A DNA stretch of 43,337 bases from an uncultured bacterium (GTDB lineage: Bacteria > Abyssobacteria > SURF-5): the NCBI GenBank assembly GCA_964510165.1, contig CAZEBC010000009.1, positions 3,758 through 47,094 of the forward strand, in the 5' to 3' direction. Positions 27,163 to 36,583 of this stretch are shown here, one piece after another. The position numbers and the translations under genes are program-made. How positions within the stretch are numbered: the first letter of the stretch is position 1; each line of letters begins with the position of its first letter. The notes below the pieces were generated by a model. The model was not told where the DNA came from. It saw only the letters and a program-made list of their open reading frames with translations, and searched no databases.

Positions 27163-28125
27163 TCATGAATGCGCTTCTTTGAATTTGGCGGGTACGATGG
27201 CTTCGAACCTCATATCCAGTCGCTCCAAATTTGCGACTTTGAGTTGCTCGTTGCATTCCATCGTCTCGGCCACTCTTGCCAGCCTCCAGAGCTTCGCCTC
27301 AAAGTTATCCGACCCGAGGAGGATGGTTGCTCCGGACTGTTCCGCCACAAGGACGATGTTGTCCGGGTCGTCAACGTTTATCTCGGATATGCGGAGGTGG
27401 CCGGCCAGGCCGAGGCGATTGATGATCTCGACTATTTCCAGGGCGCACGAGACCTTCTCAACCTGGACAGTATCGCCCACCTTGGCCCCGGCCAGCGATT
27501 TTCCGCTGATGATGGGGGCATCCAGCTTGTGGGCGGGGTCATATTCAGCCAGGATTCTTGCTTCCCTGTCCACGCACAAGAGCCTGCCTGAAAGTATCAA
27601 TGCAAGCGGCTTGCGTTCGGTCACCTCGATTTGGATTTCGTCGGGAGGAATCCTCCTCACCTGCGCGGATCGTATTCGCGGAATTTTCTCAATGGCCACA
27701 GCGGCCTCCGAAAGGTCAAGCCCGAATATGTTTCTTCCCTCGAATATCGTCGACTCCCGGATTATCGTATCCGCAGTCACATGCGTGTTGCCCGTGACCC
27801 CGATGTGTCGAACCACAAACCGAGGAGATGTATACACGTAATTACGCGTCGCCGCCGCCAAACAGAAAATCCCGGCCCCGGCCATAATCAGCTTGACCGC
27901 CGCGACTGCCGTTCGCGTGACTCTTTTTCGTCTGGCAACCACCACCTGCCTGCGACGCTTCACTCTTTGGCGCCGTTTAGGCTTATTGCCCGCCGTCTGG
28001 ATTATTTTCGAGCTCCCCGCGGAGAACCTGCCTGCGAACACACGCCGAGCGCTCCGGCGACGGAAGGATTCACACAGATCGTTCCATCGATCAAGCAGTT
28101 TTCGCATTGCAAGCGGCTTTCGCAC
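27163..28125 (-). CDS. ftsQ: Cell division protein FtsQ/DivIB (POTRA domain)
   Basis: Basic N-terminus, single TM, GVTGN..., PRIRSAQVRRIPPD.I.IEVTER, LDMRF; located before ftsA; alternative ATG at 28107. Confidence 0.9.
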   Translation of the reverse strand: MRKPLAMRKLLDRWNDLCESFRRRSARRVFAGRFSAGSSKIIQTAGNKPKRRQRVKRRRQVVVARRKRVTRTAVAAVKLIMAGAGIFCLAAATRNYVYTSPRFVVRHIGVTGNTHVTADTIIRESTIFEGRNIFGLDLSEAAVAIEKIPRIRSAQVRRIPPDEIQIEVTERKPLALILSGRLLCVDREARILAEYDPAHKLDAPIISGKSLAGAKVGDTVQVEKVSCALEIVEIINRLGLAGHLRISEINVDDPDNIVLVAEQSGATILLGSDNFEAKLWRLARVAETMECNEQLKVANLERLDMRFEAIVPAKFKEAHS

Positions 28126-28130
28126 GCCCG

Positions 28131-29039
28131 TTAATCCCTTCCGACAATCTGGATTTCTTCTTCGAGGAGTATTCCCCTGGAATTGAAAACGCTGGTCTTG
28201 ATCTCATCTATGAGTCGGAGCACATCGGAGGCGCTGGCCGAGCCGAGGTTCACAATGAAATTGCAGTGAAGCGACGACACCGCCGCTCCCCCGCATGAGT
28301 ACCCTTTGAAGCCTAGACTCTCGATCAACTCCCCGGCATAGTGTCCGGCAGGATTCTTGAAAATGCAGCCCGCGCTCTTCCATCCTAGGGGCTGAGTCTT
28401 CTTTCTTCTCGTGGCATATTCCTCGATTGTGGCCGAGATACCTGCCGGGTCTGCCCGCTTTAAGTTAAACTCCGCCTCCAGGATTACTCCGAACTTCGCA
28501 AGGTTGCTCTTCCTGTAAGCGAACTCGATCTCCTCTTTCCGAACCGTTCGAACCTGGCGAGTCCCGGGCTCGTAGACGACCGCCCGTGTAAGGGCGTCGC
28601 CGATACTCTGGCCGAACGCGCCCGCATTGGTCGCGAGAGCGCCGCCCACGCAACCGGGAATTCCCGCACAGAACTCAAGTCCGGCAAGTCCGGCGCTGGA
28701 GCAGCGTTTGACCAGAGAGGCGAGCGGAACCGCCGCGCCAACCTTGAGATGCTCGGCATTGATGACGAGCCTCCTGCACGCTTCACTCAGGCTTATGACG
28801 ACGCCGCCAACGCCGCCATCACGAACGAGCAGATTGGTTCCGCGTCCGATGATCATGCATGGCACGTTTTCGGTTTCGCATACCTCCAGAAGCGCGAACA
28901 GACCTCTTCGTGAACGGGGGGTTACCCAAAGGTCAGCGGGACCCCCGACCCTGAAGGAGGTGTGCCTGGACATCGGCTCATTCATCCTCGCGGTTCCCTG
29001 CACGGTCTCCGCTATCTTTCGGTACACGCCTTGATTCAT
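28131..29039 (-). CDS. murB: UDP-N-acetylenolpyruvoylglucosamine reductase
   Basis: HTSFRVGGPA, GRGTNLLV, GIPG..GG...NAGA, SAGCIFKNP, HCNFIVN. Confidence 0.96.
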   Translation of the reverse strand: MNQGVYRKIAETVQGTARMNEPMSRHTSFRVGGPADLWVTPRSRRGLFALLEVCETENVPCMIIGRGTNLLVRDGGVGGVVISLSEACRRLVINAEHLKVGAAVPLASLVKRCSSAGLAGLEFCAGIPGCVGGALATNAGAFGQSIGDALTRAVVYEPGTRQVRTVRKEEIEFAYRKSNLAKFGVILEAEFNLKRADPAGISATIEEYATRRKKTQPLGWKSAGCIFKNPAGHYAGELIESLGFKGYSCGGAAVSSLHCNFIVNLGSASASDVLRLIDEIKTSVFNSRGILLEEEIQIVGRD

Positions 29040-29048
29040 TGCGTTTCT

Positions 29049-30506
29049 TCACGAGGTGTACATCTGCGCGGGGCCAAACTTCCGCTCGGCCCGCGCGGCT
29101 ATCTCGTCGGCGATCTTCCAAATGTCTCCCGCGCCAAGCACGAGCACCAGGTCGCCCGGAGACAGGATTCGTTCGATGAGGTCGGGAACGCTCCATTTGT
29201 CTTCTATGAACTCGGCGTCGGCATGTCCGAATTCCCGCGCGGCCTTCACGATATTCAGTCCGCTGACGCCCGGCATGGGCTCTTCGCGAGCCTTGTATAT
29301 TTCGGTGACGATGAGCTTCGTCGTCGGCAAGAGCGATTGGGCGAATTCATTGGTGAAGAATTTCGTTCGGCTGTACAAGTGCGGCTGAAAAACGGCCAGG
29401 ACTCGCTTGGCGCCCAAATGAGACGCCGCGTCAAGCGTGGCCGAAATCTCCGTGGGATGATGCGCGTAATCCTCCACGACGAGCACGCCTCCGGTGTTGG
29501 CCTTGATCTGGAGCCTGCGTTCAATGCCGTCGAACAGCAGCAGTCCCTCTCGAACCTGATCGAATGGCATCCCCAGCCCCAGGCCTACGCCAATTGCGGC
29601 AAGCGCGTTCAGAACGTTGTGCCTGCCTGCCGCCTTCACGGTCGCGCGTCCCAGAATGCCCTCGCCTCCAAGATGTTTGTTCGAGTTCATCACATCGAAA
29701 GAGGTTTCCATCGTCTCGACGGCATACCTGCCGTTGGAGAGGCTCGGCGTATTGGTCTGAATCGCGCGCGCTCGAAGGTCGGCGGGATGATTGATCGCGT
29801 AAGTAATGAGAGTCGAATGTATCTGTGCGAGGAAATCTCGAACGTTCGCGTCCTCTTTATTGACCACGGTAAATCCGTAAAACGGAATTCGATTCACGAA
29901 ATCGAGGAACGCCCGTTTTATCTCGTCGATGGTGCCGTAATATTCAAGATGTTCGGCGTCAACGCTGGTGACAACGGTTATTGTGGGAAACAGCTTGAGA
30001 AACGACCCGTCGTGCTCATCCGCCTCCGCCACGAGGAAATCCCCCGTTCCCCAAGAGACGTTGCTCCCCTTACGGTTCAGAATGCCCCCGATTATCGCCG
30101 TCGATTCTATGTCGGCGCGCTCCAATATCGCGGCTATCATCGAGGTCGTGGTGGTCTTGCCGTGAGTGCCCGCAACGGCAATGGCGTTGGGCTTAAGGCG
30201 CATGAGGTCGGCAAGCATCTCGCTCCGGGGTATTGCCGGTATCTTTGCCGTTCGCGCGGCGACAAGCTCGGGATTATCCTGCCTGATCGCAGCCGAGTAC
30301 ACGACGATGCTTGCCCCTTGCACATTCTCCGCCGCATGCCGGTCCGACACGACTGCGCCGAGCCTTTCCAGGCGCCGCGTGATGGCGCTGGGGGTCGCAT
30401 CGGACCCGGACACCTGATAACCAAGGTTAAGCAGGATTTCGGCGAGGCCGCTCATGCCGATGCCACCGATTCCCACGAAGTGAACTCTCTTAATCGTTCT
30501 TATCAA
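29049..30506 (-). CDS. murC: UDP-N-acetylmuramate--L-alanine ligase
   Basis: HFVGIGGIGMSG, AGTHGKTTT, EADE, DYAHHPTE, FQPH.YSRT, LGAGD. Confidence 0.97.
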   Translation of the reverse strand: MIRTIKRVHFVGIGGIGMSGLAEILLNLGYQVSGSDATPSAITRRLERLGAVVSDRHAAENVQGASIVVYSAAIRQDNPELVAARTAKIPAIPRSEMLADLMRLKPNAIAVAGTHGKTTTTSMIAAILERADIESTAIIGGILNRKGSNVSWGTGDFLVAEADEHDGSFLKLFPTITVVTSVDAEHLEYYGTIDEIKRAFLDFVNRIPFYGFTVVNKEDANVRDFLAQIHSTLITYAINHPADLRARAIQTNTPSLSNGRYAVETMETSFDVMNSNKHLGGEGILGRATVKAAGRHNVLNALAAIGVGLGLGMPFDQVREGLLLFDGIERRLQIKANTGGVLVVEDYAHHPTEISATLDAASHLGAKRVLAVFQPHLYSRTKFFTNEFAQSLLPTTKLIVTEIYKAREEPMPGVSGLNIVKAAREFGHADAEFIEDKWSVPDLIERILSPGDLVLVLGAGDIWKIADEIAARAERKFGPAQMYTS

Positions 30507-30521
30507 TTCCTCTCTCCCGCG

Positions 30522-31625
30522 CTATTTGAATGCGATCTCAAACAGAATGTTGACGACGCTCTCCGCCGCATCGGGCCTGCTGAATTGTCTTGTACGCGCT
30601 CGCATGTGATTCAGTGATTCACCGTCTTCGAGAAGCGATAGTATCTTATTGGCGAGGGTCTCTCCACGCACGTCGCCGTTGAGCATCATCTCGGCGGCGC
30701 CCATCTCGACTACGGCCCGGGCGTTCAGCGCCTGGTGCTGGTCCGTCGCAAATGGATACGGCACCAGAATTGCGGGAAGGCTCATGGCCGCGAGTTCCGC
30801 CAGAGTGCTCGCGCCTGCCCTGGAAATAGCCAGGTCCGCCGCCCTGTACGCGGTGACCATGTCGTCAATAAATTGGAAAACCGCCGCCGACGCGCCCACC
30901 TTCTCACAGGAGTCCCGCACCCATCGGTAGTCGTCGGTTCCGGTCATCCAGATTATCTGCACCTGGCGCGACCGGAGATGAGGCAGCGCGTCGACCATCG
31001 CCACATTGAGCGAATGCGCTCCCCGGCTGCCGCCCACCAGAAACACAGTCACCCTGTCCGGATTAAGTCCCAGCTTCTTCCGGGATTCTGCTTTGTCAAT
31101 TTCGGCAAGGCGCTCAGGCAGGAAATCCGAGCGAATTGGATTGCCGACGACTCTCGCATCGCGAGACGGGAAATGTCGGCGAGAACTCTCGAAGTGCACG
31201 GTCACCACATCGGCGAACCGCGAGCAGATTCGGTTCGCCTTTCCGGGAACCGAGTTCTGCTCGTGTATCAGGGTTGGAATCCTCAACAGGCTCGCAGCAA
31301 GCACCGGCGGAAGACTGGCGTATCCGCCGGTCCCGACCACCGCTTGCGGCCGAAACCTGAACAGGACAGCAAGCGACTGGGACAGGCCCACGACGGCCTT
31401 GGCGAGGGCGCCCGACTTCTTCACGATGTTTCCGCCGGGCAACCCTTCGACAATGATGGGCCTGAACGGAATTTTCCTCTCGGCGGCGATCCGCTCCTCT
31501 ATCGACCCTTTCTTTCCCAGGTACATGAGCTGAAGCTGAGGATCGCGCTTCTTCAACTCCTCAGCGATCGCGAGAGCGGGAAACACATGTCCGCCGGTTC
31601 CGCCTCCGGCAAGAGCCACTTTCAT
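30522..31625 (-). CDS. murG: Undecaprenyldiphospho-muramoylpentapeptide GlcNAc transferase
   Basis: GGGTGGHVFP, HEQN, GNPIR, GGSRGA, SRAGAST, HQALNA. Confidence 0.97.
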   Translation of the reverse strand: MKVALAGGGTGGHVFPALAIAEELKKRDPQLQLMYLGKKGSIEERIAAERKIPFRPIIVEGLPGGNIVKKSGALAKAVVGLSQSLAVLFRFRPQAVVGTGGYASLPPVLAASLLRIPTLIHEQNSVPGKANRICSRFADVVTVHFESSRRHFPSRDARVVGNPIRSDFLPERLAEIDKAESRKKLGLNPDRVTVFLVGGSRGAHSLNVAMVDALPHLRSRQVQIIWMTGTDDYRWVRDSCEKVGASAAVFQFIDDMVTAYRAADLAISRAGASTLAELAAMSLPAILVPYPFATDQHQALNARAVVEMGAAEMMLNGDVRGETLANKILSLLEDGESLNHMRARTRQFSRPDAAESVVNILFEIAFK

Positions 31626-31626
31626 G

Positions 31627-32757
31627 TCATCTTGTCCCCATCGGTGTAACGCTGTCCAGTCGTTCCGGCTCGAGTGACACGCGAGCTATATTCATGAGAA
31701 TTCCCACAGCGATCATGTTGGTTAAAAGCGAGCTCCCGCCATAGCTGACGAGCGGCAATGTAATGCCCTTGGTCGGCAGCAAGTCCACAGCGACCGCCAT
31801 GTTGATCAGCGCGGTTATGCAGATCATGAAGCTCAGCCCAAGCGCCAGGAACGAAGCCTCGCGGTTGGCGGCTTTCAGCGCAATGCGGGCCCCCACAACC
31901 GCAAGAAGGGCGAATGCCAGGTTAATGATCATCGTCCCGACAAGCCCGGTTTCTTCTCCAATGATGGAGAACACGAAATCCGTGTGCGCAGCCGGCAGAT
32001 ACAGGCATTTCTGAATTCCACGACCGGGGCCAACCCCCCACACTCCCCCGCTGCCCAAGGCCGCCATGGACTGGATAATCTGCCAGCCGTCTCCCTTGGG
32101 GTCTTTCCACGGGTCTATAAAAGCGATCAATCGCGCCATTCGATATGGCTCCATGATGATGAGCGGCACAACACCCACGACCGCGAGCCCGCCGGTCGCG
32201 GCCAGATGCAGAACATTTGCGCCTCCCATGTAGAGTACAAACAGCGTGGTCAGTCCGATTGTCGCGGGTATCCCGAGGTCGCGACCGGCGAGGATGAGTC
32301 CGGCAAGCACCGACACGGCGATCATCGAGGGAAGAAACCCCCGCTTCAGATCGGACAGATGTTCGGCCCTTCGCGCGCAAAAACTCGCCAGAAAGAACAC
32401 AGCGGCTAACCGCGCGAATTCGGACGGCTGCACCGTCGTAAACCCTATGTCGATGCTCCTCCTCACCCCCCCTCCCGAAACCCCCAGCGGCGTGAACGCA
32501 AGCAGCAGACCAGCCACCGATATCGCATAGTAGACGGGCCAATATCTGGTCCACACCTCATGCCGTATGACGGCCGCAAAAAACATCGCGACGGCGCCGC
32601 ACACGGCAAATGCGATCATCCTCTTGAAATAATAGTAGTCATCTCCCTTGATTTCCTGGCCGACCGACGCGCTGGCGCTGTACGCCATGGTAAGCCCAAA
32701 ACACAACAGAAGCAGCGTTATCCCAACCAGAAGGCCGAATTCGCTGCTGCGTCTCAT
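31627..32757 (-). CDS. ftsW: Peptidoglycan polymerase FtsW
   Basis: YSAS, QPSE, LPAAHTDFVFSIIGEE, LPTKGITLPLVSYGGSS. Confidence 0.96.
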   Translation of the reverse strand: MRRSSEFGLLVGITLLLLCFGLTMAYSASASVGQEIKGDDYYYFKRMIAFAVCGAVAMFFAAVIRHEVWTRYWPVYYAISVAGLLLAFTPLGVSGGGVRRSIDIGFTTVQPSEFARLAAVFFLASFCARRAEHLSDLKRGFLPSMIAVSVLAGLILAGRDLGIPATIGLTTLFVLYMGGANVLHLAATGGLAVVGVVPLIIMEPYRMARLIAFIDPWKDPKGDGWQIIQSMAALGSGGVWGVGPGRGIQKCLYLPAAHTDFVFSIIGEETGLVGTMIINLAFALLAVVGARIALKAANREASFLALGLSFMICITALINMAVAVDLLPTKGITLPLVSYGGSSLLTNMIAVGILMNIARVSLEPERLDSVTPMGTR

Positions 32758-34100
32758 AGGTTTTCCACCGCCTCCTTGAATACGCGCCCTCTGTGCTTAT
32801 AGTTCTGGAACATGTCGAAGCTCGCGCATGCGGGGGCGAGAAGCACGCAGTCGCCCCGATGAGCCGCCGCAGCGGCCAACTCCACGGCTTCGGGAAGCGT
32901 GTCGGCCCGGCGTGTCGGCACGATATCGCCGAAGGCCTCCTCCATAAGAGAGGCGTCCTCGCCGATAAGTATCATTTCCCTGACTTTCTGTTTTACCAAT
33001 GGCCGGAGCACACGGTAGTCGCTTTTCTTTCCGCGCCCGCCCGCGATCAGCACGATGGGCCTGCCAAAGCTTTCGAGCGATTTTTCGAGGGCATCGATGT
33101 TTGTAGCCTTTGAGTCGTTGACAAACAGCACACCCTCCCTCTCGCGAACCTGTTCGAGTCGGTGTTCGACAGCCTGAAAGCTTTCCACGGCGCTCCGGCA
33201 GATTTCAGGTGAAACGCCAAAGGGCAGCATCGTCGCAATGGCTGCAAGCACGTTCTCGACGTTGTGCCGGCCGAAAAGGGGGATGCCCGCGATATCCATC
33301 AGTTCATTCTCGGCATCCACGAATCGAGTGACTATTTTCGACCCTTTCACGAAGGCGCCCTGTCTGACCTCCTCTTTCGTGCTGAACCAAAGGATCAGGG
33401 AGTTTATCGTGTCACTGACTCGTCTGAGGGTGGCGTCGTCGCGGTTGAGGACGGCAAAATCGCCCTGAGACTGATTGCTGAACAGCCGAAGTTTCGCCGC
33501 CACATAGTCCTCGATGCCGCGATGCCTGTCGAGATGGTCGGGCGTAATGTTGAGCAGCACCCCCACGCGCGGCCTGAACCGCTTGATATTCTCGAGTTGA
33601 AAGCTGCTTATCTCCAGGACAAACAGCTCGAATTGTCCGCCGTCCACGACCTCAGCGAACGGGATCTCGACATTCCCTCCAAGGGCGGCCTTGATGCCTG
33701 CCCGTTTCGCAATATGATGCGTGAGCATGGTGGTCGTCGTCTTGCCGTTTGTGCCCGTGATCGCGACTATCGGCGAGGAACAGAACGAAAACGCCAACTC
33801 GACCTCGCTGATGACCGCTACAGAGGCCTGTCGCGCTCGCTCGATTTGCGGCATATGAGAAGGAACCCCGGGACTGATGACTACCAGGTCGGACTCGAGC
33901 AACAAACCCGCGTCTATTCCGCCCATGCGATACGAAACGTCCGTTCCTTCCAATGACCTGACCGCGTCTTTGAGTTCCATCTCAGACTTATCATCGGTCA
34001 GGGTGACCCGTGCGCCGTGCTTACGGAGCAAACGGGCCGCGGCCACTCCACTCAGTCCCATTCCGACAACCGCGACCTTCTTCCCCCGCAGATCCAGCAT
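32754..34100 (-). CDS. murD: UDP-MurNAc-L-Ala--D-glutamate ligase
   Basis: VISPGV, TGTNGKTT, EISSFQL, DHLDRH, NDSKATN, PACASFD; start at ATG 34100. Confidence 0.97.
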   Translation of the reverse strand: MLDLRGKKVAVVGMGLSGVAAARLLRKHGARVTLTDDKSEMELKDAVRSLEGTDVSYRMGGIDAGLLLESDLVVISPGVPSHMPQIERARQASVAVISEVELAFSFCSSPIVAITGTNGKTTTTMLTHHIAKRAGIKAALGGNVEIPFAEVVDGGQFELFVLEISSFQLENIKRFRPRVGVLLNITPDHLDRHRGIEDYVAAKLRLFSNQSQGDFAVLNRDDATLRRVSDTINSLILWFSTKEEVRQGAFVKGSKIVTRFVDAENELMDIAGIPLFGRHNVENVLAAIATMLPFGVSPEICRSAVESFQAVEHRLEQVREREGVLFVNDSKATNIDALEKSLESFGRPIVLIAGGRGKKSDYRVLRPLVKQKVREMILIGEDASLMEEAFGDIVPTRRADTLPEAVELAAAAAHRGDCVLLAPACASFDMFQNYKHRGRVFKEAVENL

Positions 34101-34102
34101 AC

Positions 34103-35203
34103 TCACCTGACTTTCAAGGTGCTCAGGCTGAGCAACGCAAAGATGGCGGCAATGATCCAGAACCGGATGGTGACCTTCGTCTCGGACCACCCGAGAAGCT
34201 CGAAATGGTGATGAAGCGGCGCCATCTTGAAAACCCTCTTGCCTCCTCGCAGCCTGTATGAAAGAACCTGTATGATTACAGAAGCGGCCTCGATCACGAA
34301 CAGGCCGCCGACGATTACCAGCAGAAGCTCTTGCTTGATCAGAATCGCAACTGCGCCAAGCGCGCCACCCAAGGCAAGTGCCCCAGTATCGCCCATGAAG
34401 ACCTCGGCCGGATGCGCGTTATACCAGAGGAATCCCAGGCCGGCGCCCGCTATCGCGGAGAGAAATATCGTCAGTTCGCCAGCGCCCGGAACGTAGGTCA
34501 CAAAGAGATAACGCGCGAAATCGGTGCGTCCGACCAGATACGCCATCACAAGATAGGCGATTGCGGCCATGATCACTGACCCGATAGCAAGGCCGTCAAG
34601 CCCATCCGTGAGGTTCACAGCGTTGGAGGCGCCGACGATCACGAGGACGACGAACGGCACGTACAGAACGCCGAGCGATAGATAGATGTTCTTGAAGAAG
34701 AGCACCTCAAGTTTTGTGCCGAAGTCTCCACAGACCGGATCGAAGTAAAGATACACCCCAAGCGCGAAGCCCAGCGCGATCTGAGCCGCGAATTTCAGAC
34801 GGGCCGTCAGACCAAGCGAACGCTTCTTGCGCATTTTGATGAAATCGTCGAGAAAGCCGACCAACCCCAGCCAGAACGTGCAGACAAGCGCCAGGACGAT
34901 CAGCCGATTGGTTATGTTGGCCCACAACAAGGTGGCGACCGCAATAGAAATCAAAATCAGCACCCCGCCCATCGTGGGTGTCCCCGCCTTGACGCTGTGA
35001 ATCTTGTGCAGGTCGGCAACGTGTTCCTTGCGTATCTGCTGGCCAGCCTTCAACTCCTTCAGTTTCCGAATGGTCCACGGCCCCATAAACAGGCTCACCA
35101 GGAGCGCCGTCGCCGCCGCCAGCGCCGAACGAAAGGTTATATATGTGAACACATTGAACACCGACACGGTCGGCGTCAACTTCGTCAAAAGCAAATAAAG
35201 CAT
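34103..35203 (-). CDS. mraY: Phospho-N-acetylmuramoyl-pentapeptide transferase
   Basis: KAGTPTMGG, GFLDD, NAVNLTDGLDGL, VFMGDTG, MAPLHHHFE. Confidence 0.98.
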   Translation of the reverse strand: MLYLLLTKLTPTVSVFNVFTYITFRSALAAATALLVSLFMGPWTIRKLKELKAGQQIRKEHVADLHKIHSVKAGTPTMGGVLILISIAVATLLWANITNRLIVLALVCTFWLGLVGFLDDFIKMRKKRSLGLTARLKFAAQIALGFALGVYLYFDPVCGDFGTKLEVLFFKNIYLSLGVLYVPFVVLVIVGASNAVNLTDGLDGLAIGSVIMAAIAYLVMAYLVGRTDFARYLFVTYVPGAGELTIFLSAIAGAGLGFLWYNAHPAEVFMGDTGALALGGALGAVAILIKQELLLVIVGGLFVIEAASVIIQVLSYRLRGGKRVFKMAPLHHHFELLGWSETKVTIRFWIIAAIFALLSLSTLKVR

Positions 35204-36583
35204 CTAATCCCCTTCTTGAAGCAGGCGAATAACCTCTTCCATCCTCATTCCGCGGGACCCCTTCACGAGAACCAGGTCGCCCGCCCGCAGAAAACCCCTG
35301 AGCGAATCCGCAATTTCCTTCGCATCGGCGCAGATGCGCAACCGTTCTTCGCGCATGCCGCCCTCGATCGCGCCCTCGACAATCGCCGGACTGAATTCGC
35401 CCTTCAAACAAACCAGGTCCACCTTCAGCGGACCGATGTACCGTCCAAGCAGGCGATGCTCTTCGCGGGCGTATTCCCCCAACTCAAGCATGCCTCCCAA
35501 CACCAGAACCCTTCGATCGGCCGGCATCGCCGTCACGGTCGCTATGGACTCCCTCATCGAGAGCGGATTGGCGTTGTAGGCATCATTTACGATGGTGACG
35601 CCGCGAATAGTGAGCGTCTGCATCCGCATGTTGCCGGGGGTAACCCCCGCCAGCGCCTCACGGATGGAGTCGATGCCCGCGCCAAGTTGTGTGGCCGCGG
35701 CGATGGCCGCCAATGCGTTCCTGACATTATGCGCGCCCGGAATCGGTATCCAAATCGGCTCCTTCCCGTTCAGGAGGAACTCGGTTCCCTCCTTGATTGA
35801 CTGTCGAATCCTCGTCGCGCGAAAATCCGACTTCCTCGCGCCAAACGTGATGATTTTGCCCTCGAAAATTCCACAAACTCGCTTGGTCTGTATGCCCTCT
35901 CCAATAACCAGGAATCCGTCACGTGAAATGTGCGGAATGAGAGAGCGCTTCTCGGCAAAAACGCCCTCGATTGAGCCCAGCCCCTCGAGATGCACCGGCC
36001 CAACGTTCGTGATGACGCCGCCGGTGGGCGCCAAAATGCGGGCAAGCGTGCCGATTTCACCCGGGGCGTTCGAAGCGATCTCTATGACGCCGGCCTCGAC
36101 GGTGCGATCCAGTCGCAGGAGCATGAGAGGCGCGCCGATCAGGTTGTTCAGGTTACCCTCGGTCTTGAGTGTTTTCCTCGTTCGGGCCAGGATAGCGGCC
36201 AGCATATCCTTTGTGGTGGTCTTGCCGCAGCTTCCCGTGACCGCGATCAGCGGGATTCGGAATCTCGCGCGATAGCCACTGGCGAGCGAGTGCAGCGCTG
36301 CGAGCGTATCGTCCACTCCGATGAGTCCGGCGCCGTTGTCCACGGTTTGCGCGAGGTCCAGGAGCCGGCCTCGAGTCCCGATGATTCCCGCCGCCCCTCT
36401 TGAAAGGGCCGCCTTTGCGAAATCGTGACCGTCAAAGCGTTCGCCCACAAGAGCAAGAAACAATTCGCCCTTACGGACCGTTCGACTATCGATCGAGATG
36501 CCGCCGACTGCGGTTGAAGGATCGCCTCTCAAAAGGGTCCCTCCGCACAAAGCGGCCAGGTCAGTGAGCGTCATTGTGTCCAT
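35204..36583 (-). CDS. murF: UDP-MurNAc-tripeptide--D-Ala-D-Ala ligase
   Basis: IDSR, FDGH, VTGSCGKTTTK, GNLNN, NDAYNANP, MLELG, KGSRGM; start at 36583 or 36574. Confidence 0.96.
   Translation of the reverse strand: MDTMTLTDLAALCGGTLLRGDPSTAVGGISIDSRTVRKGELFLALVGERFDGHDFAKAALSRGAAGIIGTRGRLLDLAQTVDNGAGLIGVDDTLAALHSLASGYRARFRIPLIAVTGSCGKTTTKDMLAAILARTRKTLKTEGNLNNLIGAPLMLLRLDRTVEAGVIEIASNAPGEIGTLARILAPTGGVITNVGPVHLEGLGSIEGVFAEKRSLIPHISRDGFLVIGEGIQTKRVCGIFEGKIITFGARKSDFRATRIRQSIKEGTEFLLNGKEPIWIPIPGAHNVRNALAAIAAATQLGAGIDSIREALAGVTPGNMRMQTLTIRGVTIVNDAYNANPLSMRESIATVTAMPADRRVLVLGGMLELGEYAREEHRLLGRYIGPLKVDLVCLKGEFSPAIVEGAIEGGMREERLRICADAKEIADSLRGFLRAGDLVLVKGSRGMRMEEVIRLLQEGD

Noticed and set aside
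26621-27841. 406-aa plus-strand ORF, and similar ones at 6057-7190, 18895-19944 and 30735-31649
   Set aside because: Antisense to well-supported genes (ftsA/ftsQ, GT2, gerMN/amidase, murG); no motifs.
28962-30617. 551-aa plus-strand ORF
   Set aside because: Antisense shadow of murC in GC-rich DNA; no recognisable motifs.
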